In this document: positions 38,188-48,808 of the stretch, one piece after another | How positions within the stretch are numbered: position 1 is the first letter of the stretch | Layout of the letters: every line of letters begins with the position of its first letter | Source: Rhodoferax sp. | GTDB taxonomy: Bacteria > Pseudomonadota > Gammaproteobacteria > Burkholderiales > Burkholderiaceae_C | Length of the DNA stretch: 64,000 nucleotides | NCBI GenBank assembly: GCA_021738345.1 | Contig: JAIPCE010000001.1 | Coordinates: 3,596-67,595, forward strand | Direction: 5' to 3' | Translations under genes and position numbers: made by a program | The notes under the pieces: generated by a model | The model's input: the letters and a program-made list of their open reading frames with translations, nothing else | The model's database searches: none | What the model was told of the DNA's origin: nothing

Positions 38188-39203
38188 GCTGCACTCCAGT
38201 TCAAAACAATTTTCCCGACATGCGTATTGGACTCCATCAGAGCATGCGCCCTAGACGCACCGCTGCCACTTTCATGGGAGGCGTCCACTGCCGGGATCAC
38301 GCTGTGCACGATGGGTTTGATTGTTCCAGAGGCTATTTTCGGCCAAACCTGTTCACGGCAAGCCTTGGCGATAGCCTCCTTGAAGGCGACTGATCGGGGC
38401 CGCAAGGTCGATCCGGTGATCGTCAGTCGCTTGCGCATGACGACACCGGAGTTGAACTCGCTCTTGACACCCCCCTGCACCCCAATCATGACCAGGCGAC
38501 CATCTTCAGCCATGCAAGCGATCTCCCGTGCGACATAATCCCCAGCCACCATATCCAACACGACATCCGCACCTTTGCCTTGCGTCAAAGCCAAGACTTC
38601 GGTTTGGAAATCAGCGGTTTTATAATTGATAGCATGGTCAGCACCAATTTCCAGGCACGCAGCAGCCTTGGAGTCGCTGCCCACCGTCACGATGACGTTA
38701 GCCCCAAACGCCTTGGCCAACTGGATCGCAGTGACTCCGATACCACTGGAGCCCCCTTGAATCAGGAGGGTCTCCTGACTTTGCAGCCGGCCCCGGTCAA
38801 ACAGGTTGCTCCAAACGGTAAAAAAAGTCTCTGGCAACGATGCCGCCTCGCAGTCGCTGAGCCCGTTCGGCACCGGCAGACACAAGCCCACCGAAGCAAC
38901 GCAATACTCTGCATAACCGCCGCCCGCGACTAGGGCGCACACCTTGTCTCCGACTTTGATATGGGCGGCCTGCATGACAGCCAGATCACCGGCAACGACT
39001 TCACCTGCAACCTCCAGACCCGGTAGATCCGAAGCACCAACGGGTGGCGGGTACAGGCCCGCACGCTGGAGCACATCCGGTCGGTTAATCCCGCTTGCAC
39101 TGACACGCACTAACAATTCCGCAGTGCCAGCCTGCGGAACAGGGCGCTGCGCGAGGCGCAGCACCTCAGGACCGCCGAAGGAGGCGATCTCAATAACGTT
39201 CAT
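38184..39203 (-). CDS. NAD(P)H-quinone oxidoreductase (MDR/PIG3-like)
   Basis: [37 protein letters not shown]. Start 39203 or 39218. Confidence 0.92.
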   Translation of the reverse strand: MNVIEIASFGGPEVLRLAQRPVPQAGTAELLVRVSASGINRPDVLQRAGLYPPPVGASDLPGLEVAGEVVAGDLAVMQAAHIKVGDKVCALVAGGGYAEYCVASVGLCLPVPNGLSDCEAASLPETFFTVWSNLFDRGRLQSQETLLIQGGSSGIGVTAIQLAKAFGANVIVTVGSDSKAAACLEIGADHAINYKTADFQTEVLALTQGKGADVVLDMVAGDYVAREIACMAEDGRLVMIGVQGGVKSEFNSGVVMRKRLTITGSTLRPRSVAFKEAIAKACREQVWPKIASGTIKPIVHSVIPAVDASHESGSGASRAHALMESNTHVGKIVLNWSAA

Positions 39204-39266
39204 GACTTTAGGAAGCATCGTCGAGCACCTGGCGCTTAAGATTTGCTGTACTACGCAATAGAGGCA

Positions 39267-41384
39267 TCAGCTCTGATCAGGGTTTTGCGAAGGACGGTCC
39301 AACAAGGCTTTCATTGATAGTTTGATGCGTCCTTTTTCGTCTGTTTCAAGTACCTTGACCTTCACAATCTGTCCTTCGGACAGGTAGTCAGTGACCTTTT
39401 CCACCCGTTCGTGTGCAATTTGACTAATATGCAGCAAACCATCTTTGCCTGGCAGCAGGTTGACCAAGGCGCCAAAATCCAGCAGCTTGGTGATCGCGCC
39501 CTCGTAGACTTTGCCAATTTCAACCTCAGCGGTAATTTGCTCGATGCGGCGTTTGGCTTCTTCCGCTTTGGCGGGATCGGCTGAAGCAATCGTGATGGTT
39601 CCGTCTTCCTCGATGTTGATCTGGGTGCCTGTTTCTTCGGTCAATGCACGGATCACGGCGCCACCCTTGCCGATCACATCGCGGATTTTTTCCGGATTGA
39701 TTTTCATGGTGAACAAGCGAGGCGCGAAGTTCGACACATCGGTCTTGGCCTCTGCCATCGCTTCCTGCATTTTCCCAAGAATGTGCATCCGCGCCTCCTT
39801 GGCTTGCGCCAGGGCGACCTGCATGATTTCCTTGGTAATTCCTTGAATCTTGATGTCCATCTGAAGTGCGGTAATACCGTTGGTAGTACCTGCCACCTTG
39901 AAGTCCATGTCGCCTAGGTGGTCTTCGTCGCCCAAGATGTCAGTCAATACGGCGAAGCGGTTGTCTTCCTTGATCAGGCCCATCGCAATGCCAGCAACGT
40001 GCGCTTTCATGGGTACACCAGCGTCCATCAGCGAAAGACAGCCACCGCACACCGAAGCCATCGACGATGAACCATTGGACTCGGTAATTTCCGAGACCAC
40101 ACGCATGGTGTAGGGGAAATCTTCCTTATTAGGCAAGCAGGCGACCAGGGCACGCTTGGCCAGGCGGCCGTGGCCGATTTCCCGGCGCTTGGGTGTGCCA
40201 ACTCGACCTGTTTCACCAGTTGCAAAAGGTGGCATGTTGTAGTGCAGCATGAAGCGGTCTTCATAGTCACCACTAAGCGAGTCAATACGTTGCGCATCAC
40301 GTTCGGTACCCAGGGTGGTCACGACCAAAGCCTGGGTTTCGCCACGTGTAAACAATGCAGAACCATGGGTACGCGGCAACACACCATTTCGGATTTCAAT
40401 GGCACGTACGGTGCGGGTGTCTCGGCCATCAATGCGTGGCTCGCCAGCCAATATTTGCCCGCGTACGATCTTGGCCTCAATTTCAAACAACAGGCCTTCA
40501 ATTGCCACACTGTCAAACGCGACTCCTTCCGCCTTTAAAGCGCTCATGACGTCCGAGTAGGCGGTGCGGCATGCCTGAGTGCGTGCCTGTTTGTTACGAA
40601 TTTGATAGGCAGCCACCAGCTTGTCTTTGGCCAGACTATCGATTTTTGCAATCAAAGCCTCGTCTTTTGCGGGGGCTTTCCAGTCCCACATCGGTTTTCC
40701 GGCGTCCTTGACGAGTTCATGAATCGCATTGACTGCGATGTTGCCATGTTCATGGCCAAACACGACGGCACCCAACATGATCTCTTCGGACAACTGTTGG
40801 GCTTCGGACTCAACCATCAGGACAGCAGACTGTGTGCCGGCAACCACCAGGTCCATGATTGAATCTTTTCTTTGCGTCTGACCGGGGTTCAAAACGTATT
40901 CACCGTTGACATAGCCGACGCGCGCTGCACCGATCGGACCATTGAACGGAATACCACTGATCGACAAGGCAGCACTCACGGCGATCAGCGAGGCAATGTC
41001 GGCGTCCACTTCAGGGTTCAATGACACGGTGTGTACCACAACGTGCACTTCGTTGAAAAACCCCTCTGGAAACAAGGGGCGAATCGGGCGGTCAATCAAA
41101 CGGCTGGTCAAGGTTTCAAACTCGCTGGGACGCCCCTCGCGCTTGAAAAAGCTACCGGGAATCCGCCCCGCAGCGTAGCTCTTTTCCAGGTAATCCACAG
41201 TGAGGGGAAAGAAATCCTGCCCCGCCTTGCCTTCGGTCTTGCCAACCACGGTAGCTAGCACCACCGTGCCCTCCATGTCCAACATAACGGCACCCGTGGA
41301 TTGACGAGCGATCTCGCCCGTTTCCATCGTGACCTTGTGTTGCCCCCACTGGAAGGTCTTGCTTACTTTCTTGAACATCGTCAT
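39267..41384 (-). CDS. pnp: Polyribonucleotide nucleotidyltransferase
   Basis: [39 protein letters not shown] and S1 domains. Confidence 0.98.
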   Translation of the reverse strand: MTMFKKVSKTFQWGQHKVTMETGEIARQSTGAVMLDMEGTVVLATVVGKTEGKAGQDFFPLTVDYLEKSYAAGRIPGSFFKREGRPSEFETLTSRLIDRPIRPLFPEGFFNEVHVVVHTVSLNPEVDADIASLIAVSAALSISGIPFNGPIGAARVGYVNGEYVLNPGQTQRKDSIMDLVVAGTQSAVLMVESEAQQLSEEIMLGAVVFGHEHGNIAVNAIHELVKDAGKPMWDWKAPAKDEALIAKIDSLAKDKLVAAYQIRNKQARTQACRTAYSDVMSALKAEGVAFDSVAIEGLLFEIEAKIVRGQILAGEPRIDGRDTRTVRAIEIRNGVLPRTHGSALFTRGETQALVVTTLGTERDAQRIDSLSGDYEDRFMLHYNMPPFATGETGRVGTPKRREIGHGRLAKRALVACLPNKEDFPYTMRVVSEITESNGSSSMASVCGGCLSLMDAGVPMKAHVAGIAMGLIKEDNRFAVLTDILGDEDHLGDMDFKVAGTTNGITALQMDIKIQGITKEIMQVALAQAKEARMHILGKMQEAMAEAKTDVSNFAPRLFTMKINPEKIRDVIGKGGAVIRALTEETGTQINIEEDGTITIASADPAKAEEAKRRIEQITAEVEIGKVYEGAITKLLDFGALVNLLPGKDGLLHISQIAHERVEKVTDYLSEGQIVKVKVLETDEKGRIKLSMKALLDRPSQNPDQS

Positions 41385-41467
41385 TGTCTATCTCCTGAGA
41401 ATTTGTGAAACCATAAGGGAGGTGACGGCCACCTTACCCGAACTCGGAGTCAGCCTGACAGAACACG

Positions 41468-41522
41468 ATGCCATTCCACAACGACTCATACCCTTGTAGG
41501 GTGAATCCTTATGGAATGACAC
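41468..41522 (-). promoter_or_regulatory. Long hairpin in the pnp leader (candidate RNase III site)
   Basis: Minus strand TGTCATTCCA...ATTCACCCT-ACA-AGGGTATGAGT...TGGAATGGCA. Confidence 0.55.
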
Positions 41523-41553
41523 AGCTTCGCTCCGCTCATGCCTTATCCGAAGT

Positions 41554-41588
41554 AAAAAACGCCTGAGCTAGTGACCTAACTCAGGCGT
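41554..41588 (-). terminator. rpsO terminator
   Basis: ACGCCTGAG/CTCAGGCGT stem followed by a T run on the minus strand. Confidence 0.8.
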
Positions 41589-41607
41589 CTGCCATTCAAT
41601 GCAACGC

Positions 41608-41874
41608 TTACTTGCGCAGACCCAATTTGGCAATCAACGCGGTGTAGCGGTCAGCGTCTTTGCTCTTCAGGTAGTCCAGCAACTTGCGTCGACGGCTGAC
41701 CATGCGCAACAAACCACGGCGTCCGTGGTGATCTTTTGCGTGTGTTTTGAAGTGGGGAGTGAGCTCGTTGATGCGAGCGGTAAGCAATGCCACTTGCACT
41801 TCGGGGCTACCGGTGTCGCCGGCCTGGCGCGCATTGTCTTTTACGACCGCAGCTTTGATGCTGGTTGCAATCAT
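41608..41874 (-). CDS. rpsO: 30S ribosomal protein S15
   Basis: [28 protein letters not shown]; ATG 41874; TACAAT -10 near 41986-41991. Confidence 0.98.
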   Translation of the reverse strand: MIATSIKAAVVKDNARQAGDTGSPEVQVALLTARINELTPHFKTHAKDHHGRRGLLRMVSRRRKLLDYLKSKDADRYTALIAKLGLRK

Positions 41875-42111
41875 TTCATTTCCTGTAGTGTGGGGGCCTT
41901 GCCTTGAAGGCTCCCCGATTTTTGAACTTGCGCCCCAAACTGGAACTGTCTGGAACGTGCGCCTTGCCGTGTGCAAAGCCGGGCGATTGTAACCCTAAGC
42001 CTGATCACCCCGGTTCTGGACGCAGTACTGAAGATTCACCAAGGGGTGATATCCCAAAAATCCAGACAAAATTGAACTAGATACCTTAAGGATCGCGCAA
42101 AAACCCAAGAT

Positions 42112-43257
42112 TCAAGTGTTGCGCAGAATGCTATCCAGTATCTTAGATTGCGACAGAGCCGACAATGGCCAACGGGGTTTTACGTCAAAAGCATAGTTCG
42201 TACTTGGCTGTTGCAGGCCCGATTGGAGCCGCATTGCACCAGCCATTGCAATCATTGCTCCGTTGTCGGTGCACAAATGGATTTCGGGAAAGTGCACACG
42301 CACCTGACGCTTCTCGCACTCCGCATTGAGACGGTTTCTCAGCACTCGATTGGCCCCGACTCCGCCCGCTACCACGAGCCGCCTGAGTCCCGTTTGCTCC
42401 AACGCAGCGAGCGACTTCTTTAGCAGAATGTCCACAATAGCCGCCTCGGTTGACGCTGCAAGATTGGCGCGAACTAGCCGTGGAAGCGCGGCGAAGGCGA
42501 CCGACATCCCAGAGGCCAACGACCGAGCATCCCCGGCATCACCACCGTTTGCCAACACCAGCTTTTGCGCTTGCACTAAAACCGCCGTTTTCAGACCCGC
42601 AAACGAAAAATCCAATGTTCCGCTGTGCAACAACGGCCGCGGTAGCGCAAAAGCTGCCGAATTGCCGTCCACGGCCAAAGCAGACAGCGCTGGCCCCCCG
42701 GGATAGCCCAGCCCCATCAACTTGGCTGATTTGTCAAAGGCCTCTCCGGCAGCATCATCAATCGTTTCGCCCAGCAAGCCATACTGACCCACGGCATCCA
42801 CGCGCATAAGTTGGGTGTGCCCTCCCGAAACAAGCAAGGCAACAAAAGGGAACTCAGGTGGGTCACGGCTCAAAAACGGAGAAAGCAAGTGCCCCTCGAG
42901 ATGGTGCACCCCGAGCACCGGCTTACCCAGCGCGGCGCCTAGGGAGCACGCAACACCTGCACCCACTAGCAGTGCTCCGGCCAAGCCCGGGCCGCGCGTG
43001 TAGGCAATCACGTCAATTTGCTCAATTTGCCGTTGTACTTGCTGTAAAACGTTCCGAATCAAGGGAAGTACCCGGCGAACATGATCCCGACTGGCCAATT
43101 CAGGCACCACGCCACCATAGGCCTGGTGCATTTCGACCTGGCTATGCAAGGCGTGCGCCAGCAGTGCCGGCACTTGCAACCCCGTCGACAACACAAGTGC
43201 GACTCCGGTCTCGTCACACGAGGACTCAATTCCCAGAACCAATTGACTGGTTTTCAC
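42112..43257 (-). CDS. tsaD: tRNA t6A biosynthesis protein TsaD
   Basis: [51 protein letters not shown]; AGGAGG RBS with GTG start. Confidence 0.97.
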   Translation of the reverse strand: MKTSQLVLGIESSCDETGVALVLSTGLQVPALLAHALHSQVEMHQAYGGVVPELASRDHVRRVLPLIRNVLQQVQRQIEQIDVIAYTRGPGLAGALLVGAGVACSLGAALGKPVLGVHHLEGHLLSPFLSRDPPEFPFVALLVSGGHTQLMRVDAVGQYGLLGETIDDAAGEAFDKSAKLMGLGYPGGPALSALAVDGNSAAFALPRPLLHSGTLDFSFAGLKTAVLVQAQKLVLANGGDAGDARSLASGMSVAFAALPRLVRANLAASTEAAIVDILLKKSLAALEQTGLRRLVVAGGVGANRVLRNRLNAECEKRQVRVHFPEIHLCTDNGAMIAMAGAMRLQSGLQQPSTNYAFDVKPRWPLSALSQSKILDSILRNT

Positions 43258-43518
43258 CTAGCCTCCTAAAAGTAAGGACCCTGCACGCAATCCCTCGCTG
43301 CCACCGACGCCATGGAACCCGCTGCACTTGGGCGTTGCGGGATTGGGCCGGCAAGGCAAGTGTAGGCCAGGCAGTTGAGTCACAATAAGTGAAGCGTCTG
43401 TACCTCTAGGCGGACGCACCACACTTCAGTAGCACAAGTCTTCCGCACCGCTACCCCAAGGAATCCCGGACCATGTATTCTGCCTTTTACAAGCGCTCAC
43501 TCGAATTCGCCTTGGCCT

Positions 43519-43948
43519 TACGCCCAGATTGTGAACGGCGCACCTTTTCAGGTGCCGTTGTCTGGCGACGCACACCCCCCGGCGCAGCTGCTCAAAGATC
43601 AACTTGCAGTGCGCGGATCTGACTTCACGTATGCAAACGTTCGGCTGGTGCTGTGGAGTCCGCTGATCAATTTGGTAGATCCGGCCCGTAACGTGCTGCA
43701 AAAGGGCAATTTTTCCCATTTGGCCATGGCATATCGCAAAGTCGCGCCCTATGGACGGGCAGCCCAGGAGGTATTGCTCCACAAGGGCTTGTCACCCCAA
43801 CTGCGGACCCGCATTTTGCTGGAGCAAGATATTGCCCAGACGCATCAGTTTATAGCCTCAGGTACGGTGCCGATGGAATTCGTGGCACTGTCTCAAGGCT
43901 TTGAGAATGGGCGACTGGTGACCTGTTCCGCCTGGGTGGTACCAAGTT
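43519..43948 (+). pseudogene. modA: modA remnant (molybdate-binding protein, middle part)
   Basis: YAQIVNGAPFQV, FTYANVRLVLWS, VAPYGRAA, DIAQTHQFIASG, VALSQ, SAWVVP; signal peptide and C-terminus missing. Confidence 0.8.
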
Positions 43949-44329
43949 CTGGGTTGGCGAAACCTGCCTTTTACCTTTGGCAATCGTTTGATTGGAGCGA
44001 TCATCTACTCGCTACCGTTTGCCGTACAAACCATACAAAATACGTTCGTGGCCAAGGAAAGACGTCCCATGGAAGTGGCCGTCACCTTGCGCGTAAGTCC
44101 GATAGATGCGTTTTTTTCAGGCACACTGCCGCACGAACGACCCGGATTGGCCACGACCGCGATCATGAGCTCTACCCCTACTATGGGCGAGTTTGGAGTG
44201 GTGCCGATGATCGATCACAATATCCCTAGGCAAACACAGATGGTTTCGACACAAATCTATGGGCATGTGGACGCACAGAACTATCCGCAGGCCCATTGGC
44301 TCGTAGGGTGCATGTTGGCATTCTCTTTG
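43949..44329 (+). pseudogene. modB: modB remnant (C-terminal half of the permease)
   Basis: LPFTF...IIYSLPFAVQTIQNTF, GEFGVVPMIDHNIP, STQIYGHV...YPQAHWL; N-terminal half missing. Confidence 0.8.
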
Positions 44330-44534
44330 TTGCCAAGAGTATCGGGCAGACTGGAAGTCGACCTCACTGCGCCGGCACAGGGTATCGCAGTGGTTTTTGG
44401 GTCATCCGGATCGGGCAAGACCAGTTTGTTACTCGATGATGAACCACTCGCGGCCCTGGACCCCGCGCGCCGCCAGGAGATTCTGCCCTGGCTGGAGCGT
44501 CTGCGAGGCGCGCAGCAAATTCCCATGCTCTATG
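44330..44534 (+). pseudogene. modC: modC remnant (Walker A joined directly to Walker B)
   Basis: VVFGSSGSGKTSLL|LDDEPLAALDPARRQEILPWLERL...IPMLY, then cut by the repeat element. Confidence 0.75.
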
Positions 44535-44719
44535 GGGTGCGATTCAAAGTAATGTGGCAAGTCGGTTTTGTCCCCTCTCCCCAGCGGGGAGAGGGCTGGG
44601 GTGAGGGGCTGCCACAGGTTCCAGATTTCTTTCAATCATGCAAAACATGCACCCCTCACCCTAACCCTCTCTCCGCTGGGGCGAGGGAACAAGAATCCAC
44701 ATCACTTTGAATCGCACCC
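44535..44719. mobile_element. 185 bp MITE-like element with 23 bp terminal inverted repeats and internal paired REP-like repeats
   Basis: GGGTGCGATTCAAAGTAATGTGG versus CCACATCACTTTGAATCGCACCC (1 mismatch in 23). Inner inverted pair CCCTCTCCCCAGCGGGGAGAGGGCTGGGGTGAGGGG and CCCCTCACCCTAACCCTCTCTCCGCTGGGGCGAGGG. Confidence 0.75.
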
Positions 44720-44725
44720 TGTTCT

Positions 44726-45958
44726 ATGGAATGTTTTGATGCAGTCATTATCGGGGCCGGCGCAGCTGGACTATTTTGCGCCGGAGTGGCAGGCCAAAGG
44801 GGTTTGAAGGTTCTGGTGATCGACCACAGCCACAAAGTGGCAGAAAAAATTCGCATCTCGGGTGGCGGTCGCTGCAACTTCACCAATCTTGGCACCTCGC
44901 CTCGAAATTTTCTCAGCAGTAACCCGAATTTCTGCAGGTCTGCACTTTCACGCTTCAGTCCGACGGATTTCGTTGCGCTCTTGCAAAAGCACCATATTGC
45001 GTTTCACGAAAAGCACAGGGGTCAGCTTTTTTGCAATGATTCCGCACAAGACATCATTTCCTTGCTGCTCGACGAATGCACTGTCGGCAAGGTGGCGTGC
45101 TGGAACCCCTGCAAAGTGAACGTAATCCAGTACCAAGCTGATCACCGAACCCAGGCACCTGCCACCAGATACCGAATCACCACGGACCGTGGCCAGGTGG
45201 AGTGCGGTGCCATCGTCGTCGCCACAGGAGGCTTGTCGATTCCCAAAGCGGGAGCCAGCGATTTGGGTTATCGAATAGCCCAGCAATTTGAATTGCCCAT
45301 TGTCCCAACCCAGCCGGCACTCGTTCCCTTCATCTGCGATCCGACATGGTGCGGACAATATTCCGCATTGTCCGGCGTATCGCTCCCGGTGCAAATTTCC
45401 ACGGGTGAAAAAAAACACCGTACGCACTTTACCGAGGATTTGCTCTTCACCCACCGCGGACTCAGTGGTCCGGCTGCGTTACAAATCTCCAGCTATTGGC
45501 AGCCCGGCACCCAACTACAGATAAGGTTTGCACCAGATCATGACCTCGGCACACTGCTCCTGCAAGCCAAGGCGACCTCTCAAAAACGTATTGCCAACGC
45601 GCTTTCCGCTGTGCTGCCGTCTCGCCTAGCGGAGGCCTGGGTAGCAACCGATACGCAATTGGCAAACTACCTGCAGCGACCGATTCGCGAGATTCCCGAC
45701 AAGCTGTTGTCGACCTTGGCAAGGCATTTAAGCCAATGGGAACTGGTCCCAGTGGGTACAGAAGGATACGGCAAAGCCGAAGTTACCGCCGGCGGGATCG
45801 ATACCCTCTGCCTTTCGAGCCAAACCATGGAATCCAGGCAGCCGGGACTGTATTTCATTGGTGAAGTGGTCGATGTGACGGGATGGCTAGGCGGATACAA
45901 CTTTCAGTGGGCCTGGGCCAGTGCATTTGCATGCGCAACCCACCTAAAAACGCTATAA
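44726..45958 (+). CDS. HI0933/BaiN/YhiN-family flavoprotein
   Basis: [71 protein letters not shown]. Confidence 0.93.
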   Translation: MECFDAVIIGAGAAGLFCAGVAGQRGLKVLVIDHSHKVAEKIRISGGGRCNFTNLGTSPRNFLSSNPNFCRSALSRFSPTDFVALLQKHHIAFHEKHRGQLFCNDSAQDIISLLLDECTVGKVACWNPCKVNVIQYQADHRTQAPATRYRITTDRGQVECGAIVVATGGLSIPKAGASDLGYRIAQQFELPIVPTQPALVPFICDPTWCGQYSALSGVSLPVQISTGEKKHRTHFTEDLLFTHRGLSGPAALQISSYWQPGTQLQIRFAPDHDLGTLLLQAKATSQKRIANALSAVLPSRLAEAWVATDTQLANYLQRPIREIPDKLLSTLARHLSQWELVPVGTEGYGKAEVTAGGIDTLCLSSQTMESRQPGLYFIGEVVDVTGWLGGYNFQWAWASAFACATHLKTL

Positions 45959-45959
45959 T
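45954..45959 (+). promoter_or_regulatory. Perfect -10 box TATAAT for rpsU
   Basis: TATAAT overlaps the stop of the upstream gene, followed by a GC-rich discriminator (CGCGGGC); no canonical -35. Confidence 0.55.
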
Positions 45960-46086
45960 CGCGGGCTTTATGGCAGTCTCCCGTCGGCCAATACTAGTTA
46001 AGACGGGAAATACCGCTGAACGTGGGGCACGGGGCCCGATCTTCCCCCTGCGACTGGCGACAGCACATTTTGGAATCCATTACCTA

Positions 46087-46299
46087 ATGACAACGATCCG
46101 TGTAAAAGAAAATGAGCCCTTTGATGTCGCCTTGCGTCGCTTCAAACGCACCATAGAAAAATTAGGCCTTTTGACCGACCTGCGGGCGCGCGAATTTTAC
46201 GAAAAACCCACCGCCGAGCGCAAGCGCAAAAAAGCGGCAGCGGTCAAGCGCAATTACAAACGCATCCGCAGCATGCAGTTGCCCAAGAAGATGTTCTAA
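46087..46299 (+). CDS. rpsU: 30S ribosomal protein S21
   Basis: [24 protein letters not shown]. Confidence 0.97.
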   Translation: MTTIRVKENEPFDVALRRFKRTIEKLGLLTDLRAREFYEKPTAERKRKKAAAVKRNYKRIRSMQLPKKMF

Positions 46300-46432
46300 A
46301 GCCTCAGCTTGGTTTACCGCCTCGATAGGTTTCAAGTCAGATTTTGAAACTTCCGGGTTTGGATTGGGCCGCATCATGCGATGGTCAGGCCCGTGTAACA
46401 GCGGTGCGAAGCAACGACCATCGCCCAGATTC

Positions 46433-46467
46433 AAAGCTCGCCAGGGGACGCTCCGGCGGGCTTTTTT
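46433..46467 (+). terminator. Intrinsic terminator between rpsU and yqeY
   Basis: AAAGCTCGCC-A-GG/CC-GGCGGGCTTT followed by a T run. Confidence 0.7.
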
Positions 46468-46494
46468 GTTCATTCTCACCACAGGAGTTTTGCC

Positions 46495-46941
46495 GTGTCG
46501 CTCAAAGATCAGATCACTGAGGATATGAAAGCAGCCATGCGCGCCAAGGATACCGAGCGCCTGGGCACCATACGTCTGCTGCTGGCTGCATGTAAACAAC
46601 GCGAAGTCGATGAACGTATCGTACTTGACGATGCCGCAGTCGTCGCACTGGTGGATAAATTGATCAAGCAGCGCAAAGACAGTATCGAAGCGTTCACCAA
46701 GGCCAATCGGATGGACCTTGCGGACAAGGAGTCGGCTGAACTCAAAATACTGCAAACCTACCTGCCACAACGCCTCTCACCTGAGGAAGTGCTGATTGAA
46801 GTGCGGGCGATGGTGGCTGAACTTGGGGCTAGCGGACCCGGTGACATGGGCCGGGTCATGGCAAGCGCCAAAACACGATTGTCTGGAAAGGCCGACATGT
46901 CAGCGGTTTCCGCAGCGGTAAAAATGGCCTTGACAGCTTGA
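46495..46941 (+). CDS. yqeY: GatB/YqeY domain protein
   Basis: LKDQITEDMKAAMRAKD, KQRKDSI, YLPQRLS, DMGRVM; AGGAG RBS with GTG start. Confidence 0.93.
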   Translation: MSLKDQITEDMKAAMRAKDTERLGTIRLLLAACKQREVDERIVLDDAAVVALVDKLIKQRKDSIEAFTKANRMDLADKESAELKILQTYLPQRLSPEEVLIEVRAMVAELGASGPGDMGRVMASAKTRLSGKADMSAVSAAVKMALTA

Positions 46942-47076
46942 GCTGACCTCAAAGGCGCTGACTTGAACCTAGATTCCTCAGTTGACCGCTTACAAATGAC
47001 AGGTTATCAGGGAAGTCATCGACGACGAGTAGGGGCGGTTTTGCGGTCAAATCCAGAGGATCCATGGATGCAGCGC

Positions 47077-48750
47077 TCAGGCAATCAGGCTGCATTTTTG
47101 GTTTTTTTTGGGCAACACCACCTTGAAGCAGGTTCCCTTACCCAATTCGCTCTGAACTTCAATTTTTCCATCGTGCTTCTGCACGATTCCATAGGCAAGA
47201 GAGAGTCCCAAACCAGTGCCTTTGCCAACCGGCTTGGTAGTAAAAAAGGGTTCAAAGATTCGTCCGAGATGCTCGGGCTTGATGCCCTTTCCGGTATCTT
47301 CCACCTCCACCCAAACTTGCGTGTCGTCCTGTCCTGTGCGCACGGTGATCGTCCCGCTGCCTTCAATGGCATGTGCCGCGTTGACCAACAGATTCATGAA
47401 CACCTGATTCATCTGGAAAGGAAAACACTCAATTTGTGCAATGCCAGCAAACTCCTTGACGACGCTCGCCTTGTATTTGAGCTCGTTCCACACCACGCGC
47501 AGGGTGCTCTCTAGGCCAAGTTCCAGATCGGCCCACTGCCTTTCGGACTCGTCTACATGCGAAAAATCCTTCAGATCACGAACGATGCGCGTCACACGCT
47601 GCAAACCCTCCAGTGTCTCGCTCAATAAGGAGGCGATATCTTCTCGGAGGAATTCGAGATCAATCTCATCCTTGACCAGGCTAATGGTTTGCATTGACTC
47701 GGCAGGCAACTGGCCCTCGGCCGCCTCATAGCATGCCAATAACTTGAGCACGTTGGTCACATAGCGCTGCAAAGACCCTAAATTGGAAGTGACAAACCCG
47801 ATGGGATTGTTGATTTCATGGGCGACGCCAGCCGCAAGCTGTCCAATGGAAGCCATACGCTCTGACTGCAATAAATGGTTTTGGGCCTCCTCGAGCTTGC
47901 GAATCAGGGTGACCTGGCGCTCTTTTTCTTGCAGCAGAGTCTCGTTAGCGGCGTTGAGGTCTGCGGTACGGGTTAAAACCCGCTCTTCCAGCAGGTTACG
48001 CGACTCCAGCAATGCCCGCTCTGCCAGGGTACGCTCGGTGATGTCATGAAATCCAAACACCCGGCCAATGATCTGTTCACCCAGAAACTGAGGTCGTGAC
48101 GTAGCCTCAAAGACTTTACCGTCAGACAGGTGCAGCAAGTCCTGGGTCTCGCCACTGTCCACAATGGCACTCAGTCGCATCCGGAAAACATCAGACTCAA
48201 TCACCTGGTTGGCAAGAAAATCCAGGATGCCCTCATCGTCGTTTCCCGCCAAAAGCTGCTGCGGTATACCCCACATTTTGCTAAAAACCCGATTCATGCT
48301 CTCGATCCTTCCGCGCCAATCGATCACAAGAATGCCGTTGCCGGTCGATTCAAGGGTGGCACGCAATTGCGACAGCGTCTGCGCCAGGGCGTCTTGCACT
48401 TCGCGCACACTTTGCGTCTGCACCGCATGCACCAGCATCAGTCGCTGACCGTCCTGCTGCAGTACCCGTATCGATTTGCTCACCGTCAACAGTTCACCAT
48501 TGGCCTGACAATATTGGCCTTCCTGCTGATGAATCTCGGTGTATTGCCCGTTGCGAACATCCTCCCAATAAAAAACGTCTGGCAAGGCACTTTCAATTTC
48601 AGTAATTGCAAGCCCCAGCAAGCGCTCCAAGGGGTAATCGAGTGTCTTGCAAACGGCCTGATTCGCCATCGTGATTTGTAACGAAATCGGGTCCACCAGC
48701 ATCAGCATCTCTGGCGTGTTGTCAAGCATCAGCCGCGCGAGGTCAATCAT
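47077..48750 (-). CDS. PAS-PAS sensor histidine kinase (NtrB-like core)
   Basis: GVAHEINNP, NQVFMNLLVNA, DTGKGI, FEPFFTTK, GTGLG; two PAS-like segments. ATG 48750 chosen. Confidence 0.92.
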   Translation of the reverse strand: MIDLARLMLDNTPEMLMLVDPISLQITMANQAVCKTLDYPLERLLGLAITEIESALPDVFYWEDVRNGQYTEIHQQEGQYCQANGELLTVSKSIRVLQQDGQRLMLVHAVQTQSVREVQDALAQTLSQLRATLESTGNGILVIDWRGRIESMNRVFSKMWGIPQQLLAGNDDEGILDFLANQVIESDVFRMRLSAIVDSGETQDLLHLSDGKVFEATSRPQFLGEQIIGRVFGFHDITERTLAERALLESRNLLEERVLTRTADLNAANETLLQEKERQVTLIRKLEEAQNHLLQSERMASIGQLAAGVAHEINNPIGFVTSNLGSLQRYVTNVLKLLACYEAAEGQLPAESMQTISLVKDEIDLEFLREDIASLLSETLEGLQRVTRIVRDLKDFSHVDESERQWADLELGLESTLRVVWNELKYKASVVKEFAGIAQIECFPFQMNQVFMNLLVNAAHAIEGSGTITVRTGQDDTQVWVEVEDTGKGIKPEHLGRIFEPFFTTKPVGKGTGLGLSLAYGIVQKHDGKIEVQSELGKGTCFKVVLPKKNQKCSLIA

Positions 48751-48808
48751 GAGGCACTCCGCACGGGTGCAGGCAGAGGCACTGCGCAAGCGAGCAAACC
48801 ATGCAGGG

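Noticed and set aside
46300-46432. Hairpin GGGCC...GGCCC between rpsU and its terminator, as a possible sRNA
   Set aside because: Only a 5 bp outer stem and no recognisable family; cannot be distinguished from ordinary 3' UTR structure.
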